Shown in pieces: positions 37,738 through 50,343 of a stretch of DNA of 64,000 nucleotides. Position numbers and translations under genes: made by a program. The notes under the pieces are model-generated. The model saw only the letters and a list, made by a program, of their open reading frames with translations, was not told the origin of the DNA and did not search any database. Location: the NCBI RefSeq assembly GCF_006345805.1, contig NC_043010.1, forward strand, positions 17,298,001 to 17,362,000. Direction: 5' to 3'. The DNA comes from Octopus sinensis (lineage: Eukaryota). Positions within the stretch are counted from its first letter, which is position 1; every line of letters begins with the position of its first letter.

Positions 37738-38589
37738 GTGAGACATGAATCAGTGAAGAAATATCCGAGGTAATAAAACACTATGACGAGAGAAAGAGGA
37801 AAATAATCTTAAATAAAAGTAAGCTTTGGAAGGCTTGTGAGAAATGCTGAACTCAATACAGGGAAAGTTGGGTCTCACAACTGATGACAAGATTTAGCCA
37901 TGAACAATCATTGTTCTGCAGACCCAGCCATCAGGCGATAACAGAAATATCAATGTTAAAATGATGTCTCAAAATATATTTCGGTTTATCACACAGTTTT
38001 TTTTTTTTATATTATTTATTTTGTTTTCTTCTTTTCTATATTTGAATATTCAGAAATGAGAAACTCTCCTTTCTTGATCCTGGCAGATAAATGTCTGCAA
38101 CACTAGACAAAGAAGTGCCTGCTCTTCAAAAAATTTTATTTTTCATGTAAAATGGATAGTAAATAACATCAATTTTGCTTATGGTTCAACTCAGATAAAT
38201 ATGTTTAAGGCCAGCTTTAAACATGTTTCAATCATTTTTGAAGTTAGCTTTGTAAAAAATGTATAAAGCATCCAAATATTCATCAGAGACAACGAGATGT
38301 TTTAATTAGTGAGACATGAAACATTTTTCTTCTTTGTGATAAACCGAAATACATTTTGAGACATCATTTTAACATTGATATTTCTGTTACCGCCTGATGG
38401 CTGGGTCTGCAGAACAATGATTGTTCATGGCTAAATCTTGTCATCAGTTGCGAGACCCAACTTTCCCTGTATTGAGTTCAGCATTTCTCACAAGCCTTCC
38501 AAAGCTTACTTTTATTTAGGATTATTCTCATCTTTCTCTTGTCGTAGTGTTTTATTACTTTGGATATTTCTTCACTGATTCATGTCTCA
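37738..38589. repeat. Long inverted repeat: ~255-bp arms, ~96% identical, ~340-bp spacer
   Basis: Arms at 37738-37993 and 38335-38589; about 10 differences counted by eye. Confidence 0.92.
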
Positions 38590-38738
38590 TTTTCTTCTTT
38601 TAGGAAGCTATTATTTCAGTTTTATAATCCCAAATCACAATTATCTCTAAAAAGTGATTTATCAATTTATCAATAAAATATTCTGATTGATCCCCAGCCA
38701 TATAATCAATTATTACATGTGTAGAAAGCAAGCAAAGC

Positions 38739-39614
38739 TCACTCATAGACCACATCAGGAATATGAGTTCGTCTGTGTTTGGCAAGAGTACTTCTATCAG
38801 TAAATGCTTTTTCACAAACATCACATCGATGTGGTTTCTCTCCACTATGAATGAGTTTGTGATCATTTAGATTACAATTGAACGCAAATCCTTTACCGCA
38901 TATATCACACTTATAAGGCTGATCGCCACCATGCAGTTGTGTATGGCCAGTTAGGTGCGCTCGCTGGGCAAACGTCTTTCCACAGACATCACAACGATAT
39001 CTCTTCTCTCCCGTATGGATTACTTTATGAGTATATAGGTGACTGCTTTGGGCAAAAGTTTTGCCACACGTCTCACAGCGATAGGGTTTCTCACCCGTAT
39101 GCAGTCTTAAGTGACTTGGTAAATGTGTACTCCGAGAAAACTTCTTACCACAAATATTACAACTGAATGGTTTTTCTCCCGTGTGTGTTTTTATATGGGT
39201 TGCTAAGTCATTGTTCTGAAAAAACGACCGACCACAGACTTCGCATTGATACGGCTTATTTTCTGTGTGTATTTGTTGGTGACGAGCCAAAGCATATTTT
39301 TCATAGAATGTATTTCCACAAGTTTCACAGTGATATGTCTTTTTGTTTGTATGTCGCAGTTTATGCCTGTTCAGTCCACTCTTTTGAGCAAACTTCTTAT
39401 CACAAAGTTCGCAATGGTAGGGCTTGTCTCCCAAATGTGTTCTTTGGTGACTATAAAAACCGCTGCTGAAAGCAAAAGATTTTCCACAAACATCACAGTG
39501 GTAAGGTTTCTCTCCTGTATGCGTCCGGCTGTGACGTATTAAATCACTGTTGTAAAGAAATTCTTTACAACAGTATTCACAGTTGAATATTTTTTTCTTC
39601 TTTTCTGTTTTCAT
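38739..39614 (-). CDS. C2H2 zinc-finger protein C (291 aa; 10 fingers)
   Basis: Intact ORF with canonical TGEKPY linkers. Acceptor TTCCTTGTTCCTCTTTAG (AG at 39696-39697) lies 81 nt upstream of the ATG. Confidence 0.93.
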   Translation of the reverse strand: MKTEKKKKIFNCEYCCKEFLYNSDLIRHSRTHTGEKPYHCDVCGKSFAFSSGFYSHQRTHLGDKPYHCELCDKKFAQKSGLNRHKLRHTNKKTYHCETCGNTFYEKYALARHQQIHTENKPYQCEVCGRSFFQNNDLATHIKTHTGEKPFSCNICGKKFSRSTHLPSHLRLHTGEKPYRCETCGKTFAQSSHLYTHKVIHTGEKRYRCDVCGKTFAQRAHLTGHTQLHGGDQPYKCDICGKGFAFNCNLNDHKLIHSGEKPHRCDVCEKAFTDRSTLAKHRRTHIPDVVYE

Positions 39615-39884
39615 TTTCCGGTTATTTCTTCTAGAATATTCCCGAAAGAAATATCAAAGATTCATCAGTAATTTCTCTTCTTATGATTTCTTTCCCTAAA
39701 GAGGAACAAGGAAAGAAATTTGTAGAAATACTATAAAACATATGACCACAGAACAACAATGCACAATAATGTCATCTAATAACTTCAATTAACATTATTA
39801 ATTAATCTATTTACTAATAATAATTAGCTAATCTACTTAATAATCCTTTCTACTATAAGAACAAGGCCTGAGATTTGGAGGAAG

Positions 39885-40232
39885 GGGGCAAGTCGATTAT
39901 ATTGACCCCAGTGTGTAACTGGTATTTATTTAATCAACTACAAAAGGATGAAAGGCAAAGTCAACCTTGGTGGAATTTGAACTCAGAACATAAAGACAGA
40001 TGAAATACCTATTTCTTTACTACCCACAAAGGGCTAAACACAGAGAGGACAAACAAGGACAGATAAACAGGTCAATTACATCAACCCCAGTGCGTAACTG
40101 GTACTTAATTTATCGACCCAGAAAGGATGAAAGGCAAAGTCGACCTCGAAGGAATTTGAACTCAGAATGTAACGGCAGACGAAATACGGCTACGCATTTC
40201 GCCCGGTGCGCTAACGATTCTGCCAGCTTGCC
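39885..40232 (-). mobile_element. Two tandem SINE family 2 copies (one partial)
   Basis: GACCCCAGTG(C/T)GTAACTGGTA...GGATGAAAGGCAAAGTC occurs twice. Confidence 0.8.
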
Positions 40233-41362
40233 ATTTTGTTAATCTACGTAATAATAATAAGAACAGATACTAAGTAACTTGTTGTTTTTTTTTATCAGAC
40301 TAGCTCTCTTCATGACCATTTCTACTCACTCTTGGAAATGGAAAAGCAATAGGAATGGCGAGAAAAAGCAAGTTCAAATAGAAACAGTAGAAGCAGCAAG
40401 GATATTTCGCCAGATACAAGAGAATAGCTTTTCTCTAGTGAGTTGTTGTTTAGCTGTGATGTGCTGGAGGAAGCATAACAGGTGGTGGTGAAATGAAAGA
40501 GATTATGATTGGTTGAGGAGGGGAGAGGGTGAAAAGATCAGGGAAATGGAGGAGGGAAGGTGGGTAAAGGTAGATAGATGAGGATGAACAAAGACAGTCT
40601 CTGATGTATGCATGGGTGTAGTAACGGATGGAGGAGGTGGAATGATGGTGAAGGAGGGGGTCAAGTGGGCAAGGCCATTCATGGTTTGTAAGCTTCACTA
40701 AGTGGTGAGCACTCATACCCCTTGTATCTGAGGTGGAGAGGCAGGAATGAGAGAGGAATGTGATGATTGATGTGGATAGGGAGAAGGGTGAGAAAAGGAA
40801 GGTGATCAACAGGTAGATCAGAGGTGGGGGTTCTCGGGTGCAGAGGTGAGAAGAAAGTATAGACTAAGCGGTATCACAGTTGCATTCGCTTTGAGTAAGA
40901 AGACTTTGTTGCCAGCAGAATAGCTCCATCAGTTTTTTTTCTTTTCCAATCTGTCCTTGCCGTGGGTATTTTCAGAACACTACTAACTATGACACCTAGG
41001 TATCAGAAGCTATCCACTACTTCTAGCGAACGAAACAAGCCTTTTTCTGATGTGTATTGACGCTTACAGCCTCATTCTATCTGCCACACATGCAATCTTT
41101 CTTCTTTGTTAATCTTCTGGTGATTCCACTATTCCTCTTGTGTTTCCATTGTGGGTAAGCATAAATTCGTTTTCTGCAAATCGAATAAAGCCATTTTCCT
41201 GATGGCATCAGGGTTCTAGCTTGTTTCCTACATACTAACAACCTAGTCTAAGCTAAGTTTACCTTGAAGCCTCGTGATTCGAAGTTCAATCACTCGATCC
41301 GCTCAAAATAACACCCACAACTCCCTGTAACCATACCCTACAGTCTGTCTTAAAAAAACAAA

Positions 41363-41772
41363 GGATCTTTTCGGTTTAAACGGCAGTTTTTTCTAGCGGT
41401 GTCATATGAAATTGTCACCCATAATTATGACCCTAGTATCGATCTATTGCATTTCAATGTTTTAGGGTTAGGGTTAGGGAAAGGGTATCTTTTTTTCTTC
41501 ACAAATGTAAATAAACCCAATCTGTTTCTTAAACGAGGGACATATTCATACGGCACAGAATGTTTTTTTTTAACTCAATGGACGTCATTGATTGGTTGAA
41601 ATTGCAGAAATTGAAGAAAACAACAACAAATATCTTACAAACCATAGAATTTTCTCAATATAGCCAAGCGAAAAAGATGTTTTATAAACACATTCTACCA
41701 GTATACGAAGTTTAAAATTTTTTAGTAACCTAGAAATTATGTTAAAAACTGCCGTTCAAACCGAAAAGATCC
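41363..41772 (+). mobile_element. Complete MITE family 1 copy (410 bp, 28-bp TIR)
   Basis: GGATCTTTTCGGTTTAAACGGCAGTTTT...AAAACTGCCGTTCAAACCGAAAAGATCC with internal TTAGGGTTAGGGTTAGGG; no consistent TSD. Confidence 0.9.
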
Positions 41773-42080
41773 AAACCAAAACCTAGATACATTATGCTTA
41801 AAGGGGGGGATGGTCATAATAGGAATATCGTTGATCAGATGTCTACTGAGTGAGAGATGGGTTAGCTGTGGTGAATGTTTATGTTTTTGTCAGAAAAAAA
41901 CAAAAACACACGATAATATTTACCTATTTGGTCAATATTTTCCTGTATTGTTTCTTATCCTAGACACATTAAATATAGTTTCTATCAATGATTGAATAGA
42001 AGACCCAGTGTATTACTGGTATTCAGCCGGCGAGAGAGAGAGAGGAGAGTCATTGATGTTATACAAATACATAAACTTAC

Positions 42081-42300
42081 CGACAGGACTCAGATATTGT
42101 CTCTATTTTCAAGACAACCGACAACGATGTGTCTTCTACTTCGTTTGCTTATTAAATCATTGACGAAATTAATTAATAATTAAGAAAAAACACAAAATTA
42201 ATTAATAATTATGAAAGGTATAAAACAAAATAGAAACCAACGAAGAAATGGCGGAAGTAGCGGACTAACTAAGCGATCCATACCGGAAGTTGTGATAGTC
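42081..42300 (-). promoter_or_regulatory. Inferred non-coding exon 1 and promoter of ZNF gene C
   Basis: Donor TCG|GTAAGT (intron starts 42080). YY1-like AAATGGCGG (~42246) and ETS-like CCGGAAGT (~42283) lie in a CpG-rich patch. Confidence 0.6.
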
Positions 42301-44058
42301 CAAACTAAGCTAACAACAAGAGGCGGCCCGCGAGGGGAGAATTGTTAAGGAATCGGTTTAATATTTTGTGGAATTTATTGCTACTCTTTACATTTGGTTT
42401 CGTCTGCGGTTGATAAATACTCGTGAAATACTGCAGTAATCTTTCAAACTTTCTCCATATGCAACAAAATGAGAGTAACCGAAAGAAAACAAATAAGCAT
42501 AACTACAGTTTAGGGCCCCACCCAATTCATTCCCTTGTGAATTTCTCTAAGATGAATATTTTTTACGACTGAAATTTTGCAAATATATTTTCGAGAGCAC
42601 AGATTACGATTGTTTTTACGGTATTAACGAAAATTTGGAGGACTTTCAGATATTATTTCTCTATTCTCAACTTTGTTTCCTCATAATTCTCTTTTAAATT
42701 ATATTTTGTAGAAAAACATTTTCGAGAATGTTTAATATTTCACACAGAAAAAAAAAAAAAACGAAAGAAACTAGAGATATGGTAATTTTACCAATATATT
42801 CCTAAATCTCTCCTTTGAAAATATCCCTCTGCAAAATTTTGTCAAAAGATATGCCTTTTTCAGAAAATTATGAAGAAATAAATTTAGAGGCACTAAATTG
42901 CAGATTTGGCAACAAGTAATCGCTGTAGACTGGTAACCCTGATCGAGATGATAAATCGGCAAAGGCAGTCCATCCGTAACCACCCCAGATTTTCCCATAT
43001 TCTTTCGTTTCTGCCTTGCACACTTTAGTCGTACAAATCGATCGCAGTACAAGGTTTGGTACTTATTCTATCGGAAGGTTTCTTGTTTTTTTCTGGGGTT
43101 TTTTTTTTTACCGAACCGATATATTACGCGGACGTAAGCACACTAGTGTTGACTGTTAAGCTGTGTTGGGGGGGGGGGTAATAACTAAGATACGCACGCG
43201 CGCACACACTCATATATCGTCCTTGTTTTAACATTCACTTTTTCCAGCTTGCATGGGTCAGACGGAATTCGCCGAGGCAGATTTTCGAGATTTGGATACC
43301 TTTTCTGTCACGAAGCATCACCTGTAATCAAGCGAGTTAATAGTTTTCCCGCTGGCTAGACATGGTTTTGCAGGATACTGGAAATGAACGACAACGCTTG
43401 TATGACAGTAGCACTCATTTACAACCAAAGCACAATGTCAAGTCAAGGCAACACGAACACACACATGTGTATTTATATGTGTGTATGTATGACAGTCTTC
43501 TTTCAGTTTTTGTCTACCAAATGTACTACCATGGCGTTGGTCGTGTTAAAGGGGAAGACATTTATCTAAGGGGCTATACTAACCGAACCCTAGACCATAT
43601 GGTTGCAATTTGAATATATCTGTAGGGTTCAATAAAATGTATGCTCAAGGATTGTCAAGACACGAAATACTTACCCCCCCAAAAAAATTTGTTGTTATTC
43701 AAGATTATTTAGCTTACTTTCAGTTTCTCTACATCTTGACTCTGGTTCTACAAGTGTTTACCACTCAGCTGGCACACACAAATAACAAACTGCTTGTTCA
43801 AGTTTTTGATACTCAATAACAGTAATAACACAAACAGAGTTGATTTTAGACACAAGATACCAATTAAATGCTGAGTGGAAATTCATACAAATCATCCCAA
43901 ACTATTTTTCACCCAACTATTTGTCTTCATATTCTCACTCATCCATTCCAGTAAATATACATTATGGAATTGTCAAATGAAATTACCAGAAGTTTCTTTA
44001 TAAATTCTCAGACATTATTTGCATTTGACGGATATTTGTTCTCATCTTGTTTGTTGTT

Positions 44059-44104
44059 AACACAACATTTTGGCTGATATACCCTCCAGCCTTCATCATG
44101 TGTC
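44059..44104 (-). ncRNA. Degenerate minimal type-I hammerhead ribozyme (Penelope-type repeat), probably inactive
   Basis: Minus strand GACAC aTGATGA A GGCTG-gagggtatat-CAGCC aAAA tGTT GTGTT. Stem I GACAC/GTGTT and stem II GGCTG/CAGCC are present; three core positions deviate from CTGATGA...GAAAC. Confidence 0.45.
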
Positions 44105-44662
44105 TTGGGGAAATTTCGAACCTGGGTTCTCATTACTAAAGTATTTTTCAATGTTGTTGTTATTATTATTATTATTATTCAAGTCACTGCCTGGACTCAA
44201 ACTTGGAATAACTCCTCATCTCTCAAATATAGAACTGTATTCTAACAGATATTTTTTTTTCTTTTTGAAAACAGCTTACTGACAAATATAGAAACAGATG
44301 AAAGAATAAGAAATGCACAGCAGAAAATCCTACTTACTCTTCTTAAAAAGTTCCCATATATTTGACATGTAAGAAAAGAATTTCAAGATGCTACAGAGCC
44401 TATGACATAATCCCATGTAATTCAGCTTTGATTGAAAATAATCCCTGACAATGATAACAGCCAAAGCATTTCAGAGTTCTGTTAAATACACTTTCTTAAA
44501 GGCTGCTGATACATTTGTGTCCTATTAAAGCAAGTCATGTAACAATCTCCTGCGTGTGGCTGTGGAACAAACTTCTTAACAATAACAGTGAAGCTTGCAC
44601 CCATTTATTTGCCAAACTTACACAATCATCATCATGATCTTCATTTAAGATATGATTTTCTT

Positions 44663-45035
44663 GAGTGGCTGTGTGGTAAGTAGCTTGCTTACCAACCACA
44701 TGGTTCTGGGTTCAGTCCCACTGCATGGCACCTTGGGCAAGTGTCTTCTACTATAGCCTCGGGCCGATCAAAGCCTTGTGAGTGGATTTGGTAGACGGAA
44801 ACTGAAAGAAGCCCGTTGTATATATGTATATATATATGTGTGTGTATATGTTTGTGTGTCAGTGTTTGTCCTCCCAACATCGCTTGACAACTGATGCTGG
44901 TGTGATTACGTCCCCGCAACTTAGCGGTTCAGCAAAAGAGACCGATAGAATAAGTACTAGGCTTACAAAGAATAAGTCCTGGGGTCGATTTGCTCGATTA
45001 AAGGCGGTGCTCCAGCATGGCCAGTCAAATAACTG
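44663..45035 (+). mobile_element. SINE family 1, near full length
   Basis: GAGTGGCTGTGTGGTAAGTAGCTTGCTTACCAACCAC...GCTCCAGCATGGCC. Confidence 0.85.
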
Positions 45036-46323
45036 AATGGGTTGGAAGGTTTGACAGGAGCTGGCAAGCCTGGGGTTGCATCAAGCCCTGCTGTCTCCTT
45101 TGGCATGGTTTTTAGGGCTGGATGCCCTTACTAATGCCGACCACTACACAGAGGGGACTGGGTGCTTTTTACATGGCACCGACATCAGTAAGGTCAGCAG
45201 GTGCCTTGCAAGGAAAATTCCTCTCAACTGAGAGGGTGGGGAGTAGTATTGAGGGAGGTGGCTTTGTGCCGGGGTGAGTGAGGGGGAAGAGAAACAGGTG
45301 TCTTGCTGTAGAAGAGATACATGGTTGCCCCAGTTGGGAAAAGATAGGAGCAGTGGGGAAAGACAAAGAAAGGGATGGTGTAGATGTGTTGGGAGAAACA
45401 CATTCAAGTTAGAGAGAGGGGCGAGTAAGTGAGTGGGTGATGAAGGACAGTGGGAGTTAGAGGGGAGGGGAATGCAGTGAATGAACATAGGTGGAAGGAA
45501 GGGGTGTGAGGGAAGCCATGTAGTCGAGGAGAGATTCATCAGGAACGGTTTGTGAGAGTGCAAAAGGACACATTATGAATTCCAGACATGGATGGGAATA
45601 GAATTTGGAGGAGCATCTAACAAAATAATGGAATTGGTTACATCTGTCTCAGTTGACTTTAATTTCATCCTTCATTCATAAAATAGTTACCAGTGAATCA
45701 CCAGGGTCCTGAAGGTATTGCTCCAGCATGGCTACACTCCGAAGTCTATAATTAGTGAAATCATATGCTAATTTTTTCAATCAAAACTTAGTTACATAAA
45801 ATCATTTCCTAGTTTCTCTGGCAGGTTTTCTAAATTCTTCTCAGAGCAAATGTTGAATATATGAGAACTGTAAAGCATTTGTAATTAATTTATTGAAAGC
45901 CCTTCATCATTAAGGGGGGCAAATATGATTATTTTGTGTTGCTCAGCTCCATAAGCATATTTGCCATTAAACTGTTTCCATAACAATAACACCAACAACA
46001 GAAATATTACCCTTTAAATTCCATTGCTAAAAGGTCTGTTAGAATTCGAAAAGAAGCTACTGGTACCTCATAATTATATGTATCTGTTGGTATGGGTATG
46101 GGAGAACTTAAAGACAGATAATTGAGTGGAAAAGTGTAAAATGGTGCAAGCCGAAGGAATATGAGGGAAAACAGCAATGAAGGAAATAAGGGGAAAAGTG
46201 GTGGGGCTTGAGATCAACTTGCTGAGCCCCACAAAGATGAATGATTGCAATAAATGGCAGGATGCTGTGTTGAAACTGAACCATCCACAAATTATGCCGG
46301 CAGACATAAAAAAACTAATATAC

Positions 46324-46725
46324 ATAGGCGTAGGAGTGGCTGTGTGGTAAGTAGCTTGCTTACCAACCACATAGTTCTGGGTTCAGTCCCAATGTGTGGC
46401 ATCTTGGGCAAGTGTCTTCTAACATAGCCTCGGGCCGACCAAAGCCTTGTGAGTGGATTTGGTAGACGGAATCAGAAAGAAGCCCATCGTATATATGTAT
46501 ATATATATATATATATGTATGTGTGCGTATATATTTGTGTGTCTGTGTTTGTCCACCGATGCTGGTGTGATTACGTCCCCGTAACTTAGCGGTTCAGCTA
46601 ACGAGACCGATAGAATAAGTACTAGGCTTACAAAGAATAAGTCCCGGGGTCGATTTGCTCGACTAAAGGCGGTGCTCCAACATGGCCGCAGTCAAATGAT
46701 TGAAACAAGTAAAAGAATAAAAGAA
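46324..46725 (+). mobile_element. SINE family 1, full length
   Basis: ATAGGCGTAGGAGTGGCTGTGTGG head through the GAAACAAGTAAAAGAATAAAAG tail. Confidence 0.88.
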
Positions 46726-48968
46726 TACTATCCACAAGAGAATTATGAATGGGAAGTCACACATCTTGTATTCAAGTCGAAGCAACTATATCCAACTTCT
46801 TTAGTCAACACGTATCAATCATTTTCCATTATCAGTTCACAGCCTTACCTTGTTGGGGTTTTATTTTTAGAATCCAATACCATTTCTTTGCATTACATGT
46901 TATACAAACATGTAACATGGAGTATATAAGGTCATAAAATGTTGCCATGAGTCAAAGATGAGTCAGTGTAGTCATAGTAACCAGTATACTCAGTGTAAAA
47001 ATGTAGACGTCAGAAGATCTGAGAAGTACTGAAATGAGTATTTAGAGAAATGTTGAGTTTCACAGATGTATGACAAGACATCATGTCGTCTCAAGTAACA
47101 GAAAAAAAACCCCATTCTCTCAACATTACACTCTGAATCTCCTTATTTCGTTTGGTATTACTTTTAAACATGGTTCTATAAGCGTGTTTTACATATATTT
47201 GTAGCAAAAGAAGGAATTCCAAACTTTTATTGTATAATGTCTAATATTTGAGTATACCATAACGTTTCTCTCTCTACACACACACACATACATATATATA
47301 TTTATATATATACATACATGTCCTTGTTTATCACTGATCTGGGATATCATGGTACACTGTGAACTTTTGTTATGCTAGACAATCAGCCAGAAATTCTTCT
47401 TGGACCTTAAAAGTGGACGCCAACGGCCATCCACAAGTTGGGGTCTCGGAATGAAATGTGTTCTTTTGTTCATTCAGCAGGGATTCAACACAATGTTTTT
47501 TCTTTCTTTTTAGCCTAACATCCATGATATACGAAAAAAGATGTATATATATATAGACATACATATACATACAGAGCAATATGAAAGGACGAAATTATGT
47601 GAGAGAACAGTTCTGCTTACACAATGCAAATAGAGTAAGGTTCCTCATACAGCAAGTTGAAAAACTTTAATCAGCTGACATTATCTAAGCAATTAATAAA
47701 CAAAATCTCTTAGGTCTGTTTAATCCATTAACTGCCAATTTTTTTTATTCATATTTTTTGGCTTTTCCAGGTGTCTTAGGAGTTAAAATAATATATAGTA
47801 TTTAAATTTTCTTCATATGTGAATTATTTTGGAAATTATAAATTTTTCAAAAAGTTCCAAATGGAGATCGCTGGAAAAAAAAGCGTATTTATCGTTTTCT
47901 ATTCAATTGCAATAAAAAATCGTTTTAGTTCTTTTGAAACTATAGTATCGAATGCGTATGAAATATCGATGAGTGATCTAGATGGTGGTGGGCGTTTTCA
48001 AAAAAGTCAATATTTTTGTAGTTTAAAAATTGCAAGTTATGACATAAAATGTCCTTTAGAATTAGCCAGAGCTAATAATGACAAGCTTTAACTACTAAAT
48101 ATTGTTAAACACACCTCTGCAAATGAAATGTTCATAAGCAATTCACTCTAAATACAACGAACAACCGGCAGTGAGTCTGTTTTTAGCAGATACCCAAATG
48201 GGGCTCATGGCAGGCAATGGATTAAGAACCTTGAAACATCTCAAGAGAGATAACTCTAATACGACTAATTTTAGTGAAGTTATCCTCCCCTGTTTTAGAG
48301 ATTTGTTTTTTTTCTTTTCTTTTCGTAAATACATTATCTACATTGCACAATCAATTAACTGTTTTCTCGCCCCCCTCCTGTTTGCAGTGTACCAACGACT
48401 GTGCCACCTCATCTGTGAGCCCAATATGAGATCAATCCACTTCTATGTTATTCTCTTCTCTGGGACCTTCCACTGTCAGCACGTGGCACAAGCTGCCTCA
48501 CCTCTTCCACATCAGGTGATGCTTTGACTGTAAACCAAGCTACTTTCTCAGCTCATTTATTTCTTGCTTTATCAATAAAAACCCATCCAACAGATCATAA
48601 TCAACCCGTTTCTTCCCAGTCTCAGACCCTTCACATTCAATACTTACACTGTCGAAGATTTTTGCATGTCGCCAGCTCTTCCTCCAGATTTCCTTAATGT
48701 CTGTACCCTACTGACAATCCAACCACAGCAACACCAATTAGATCACCTAGGTAACAGAAATTACCTACCAACTTTATCATGACACTGGAGTAGTAATCCA
48801 TGGGGTTTGCTTGATACGTGACTCTACAGCTAATTACTTCTGTACTAGGGCACTGGTTACCTGTTGGTCTGCCAGAGAGCTCTTTGCACCTTTTCTGCTT
48901 CTATCTAGTACGCATGATGGAGTTCTTAGCAATTTTCTTCTGATATACTCAGTGAAGGTATTTTCTGT

Positions 48969-49185
48969 GGCGAGCTGGCAGAAACGTTAGCACGCCGGCG
49001 AAATGCTTAGTGGTATTTCGTCTGCCACTACATTCTGAGTTCAAATTCCGCCGAGGTCAGCTTTGCCTTTCATCCTTTTGGGGTTGATAAATTAAATACC
49101 AGTTACGCACTGGGGTTGATGTAATCGACTTAATCCATTTGTCCCCCCTGTGTTTAGCCCCTTGTGGGTAGTAAAGTAATAGGTA
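48969..49185 (+). mobile_element. SINE family 2, full length
   Basis: GGCGAGCTGGCAGAAACGTTAGCACGCCGG...GAGTTCAAATTCC...GCCCCTTGTGGGTAGTAAAG. Confidence 0.85.
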
Positions 49186-50343
49186 TTTTCCAGCTCCTTT
49201 ATTTCTTAACTGGGGTATCTATTCTACAGCAAGACACCTATATCAGTCCCCTCTGTCTTAAATCTCTAGACTGGCACACAACCACACCCACTCAAAAATA
49301 CTTCTCCCTCACTCTCAGCTGAGGTGTCTTGCAAAGTACTCAACGACCCTGTTTCTGCTGATGTCACCTAAAAAGCACTCAATACACTCTGGAAAGTAGT
49401 TGTCTTTTAGGAAGGGCATCCAGCTGTAGAAACTATGCCAAAGCAGACTATAGAACCGAGTGCCGATCCTGTTCAACCTTCCAACCCATGCCAGCTTGGA
49501 AAACTAACATTAAATGATGATGATGTTGATGATATATAGCACTGCTACTAATTAGTAATCTTATGTCTGCCATTTGGAACTTTAGGCCTTTTTACTTAAA
49601 ACTATTTCCAAATGTTTCTGCCGGTCACTGCTTGTCTTCTTTTCTCTTTGAACATCAATATGCAACATAAACTACATACACCCATATACATCACTATCAT
49701 TTAATGTCCACTTTAAACAATGATGATGATGATGATGCATATAACAAAACAGAGGATTAAAAAAGAAAGAAAAACTCATAACTGGAATGTTGGTTTAATA
49801 AATAGAAATGTTTTGAAAAAAAAAAATTCCAAAAAGCCAAAGGTTGCTGGTGAAATACATAACCAATACCTGACTGCATTTGTTATGAAAGACATGTAAA
49901 AAAATAATATTAAATACTTTGCTGTCATCTCAACTTCACAATTCATTAACTCAGAGATGTTGCTGGTAGAATATTGTTATTGTTGACAGGATTAACGAGG
50001 CTGGTATCAAATGCATAACAGGAAGTCGTTAATGATATCCGAAACTGTTTAATAAGTGGAGCCTCGTTAGACTGTAGGGTAATGATTTGAGTAATGATAT
50101 AGGCAATGATACAAAGTAATGACAATGTAATGATAGAGGGAAATGATGAGGTAATGATTTAACTAACTGTCAGAGATACTCTGGCAGGAACAAGTGTATC
50201 TTTCAATTTAGGATTTACAAGAACATTGGAATGTTGTAGTATGTGTGAGGTCTTATCACAGTGAGGGTTCTCTTCTTTGTGTCTTCATTTGTGACTCAAT
50301 AAATTTTTTTCATAAAAAATGTTTTATCACACATTTCACAAGA

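Noticed and set aside
40420-40830. Purine-rich segments resembling Penelope tails (also ~45200-45570 and ~48370-48560)
   Set aside because: They are too decayed to recover GIY-YIG or RT motifs with confidence.
41455-41480. Interstitial telomere or chromosome-fusion scar
   Set aside because: Only 2-3 TTAGGG units, always at the same position inside MITE copies.
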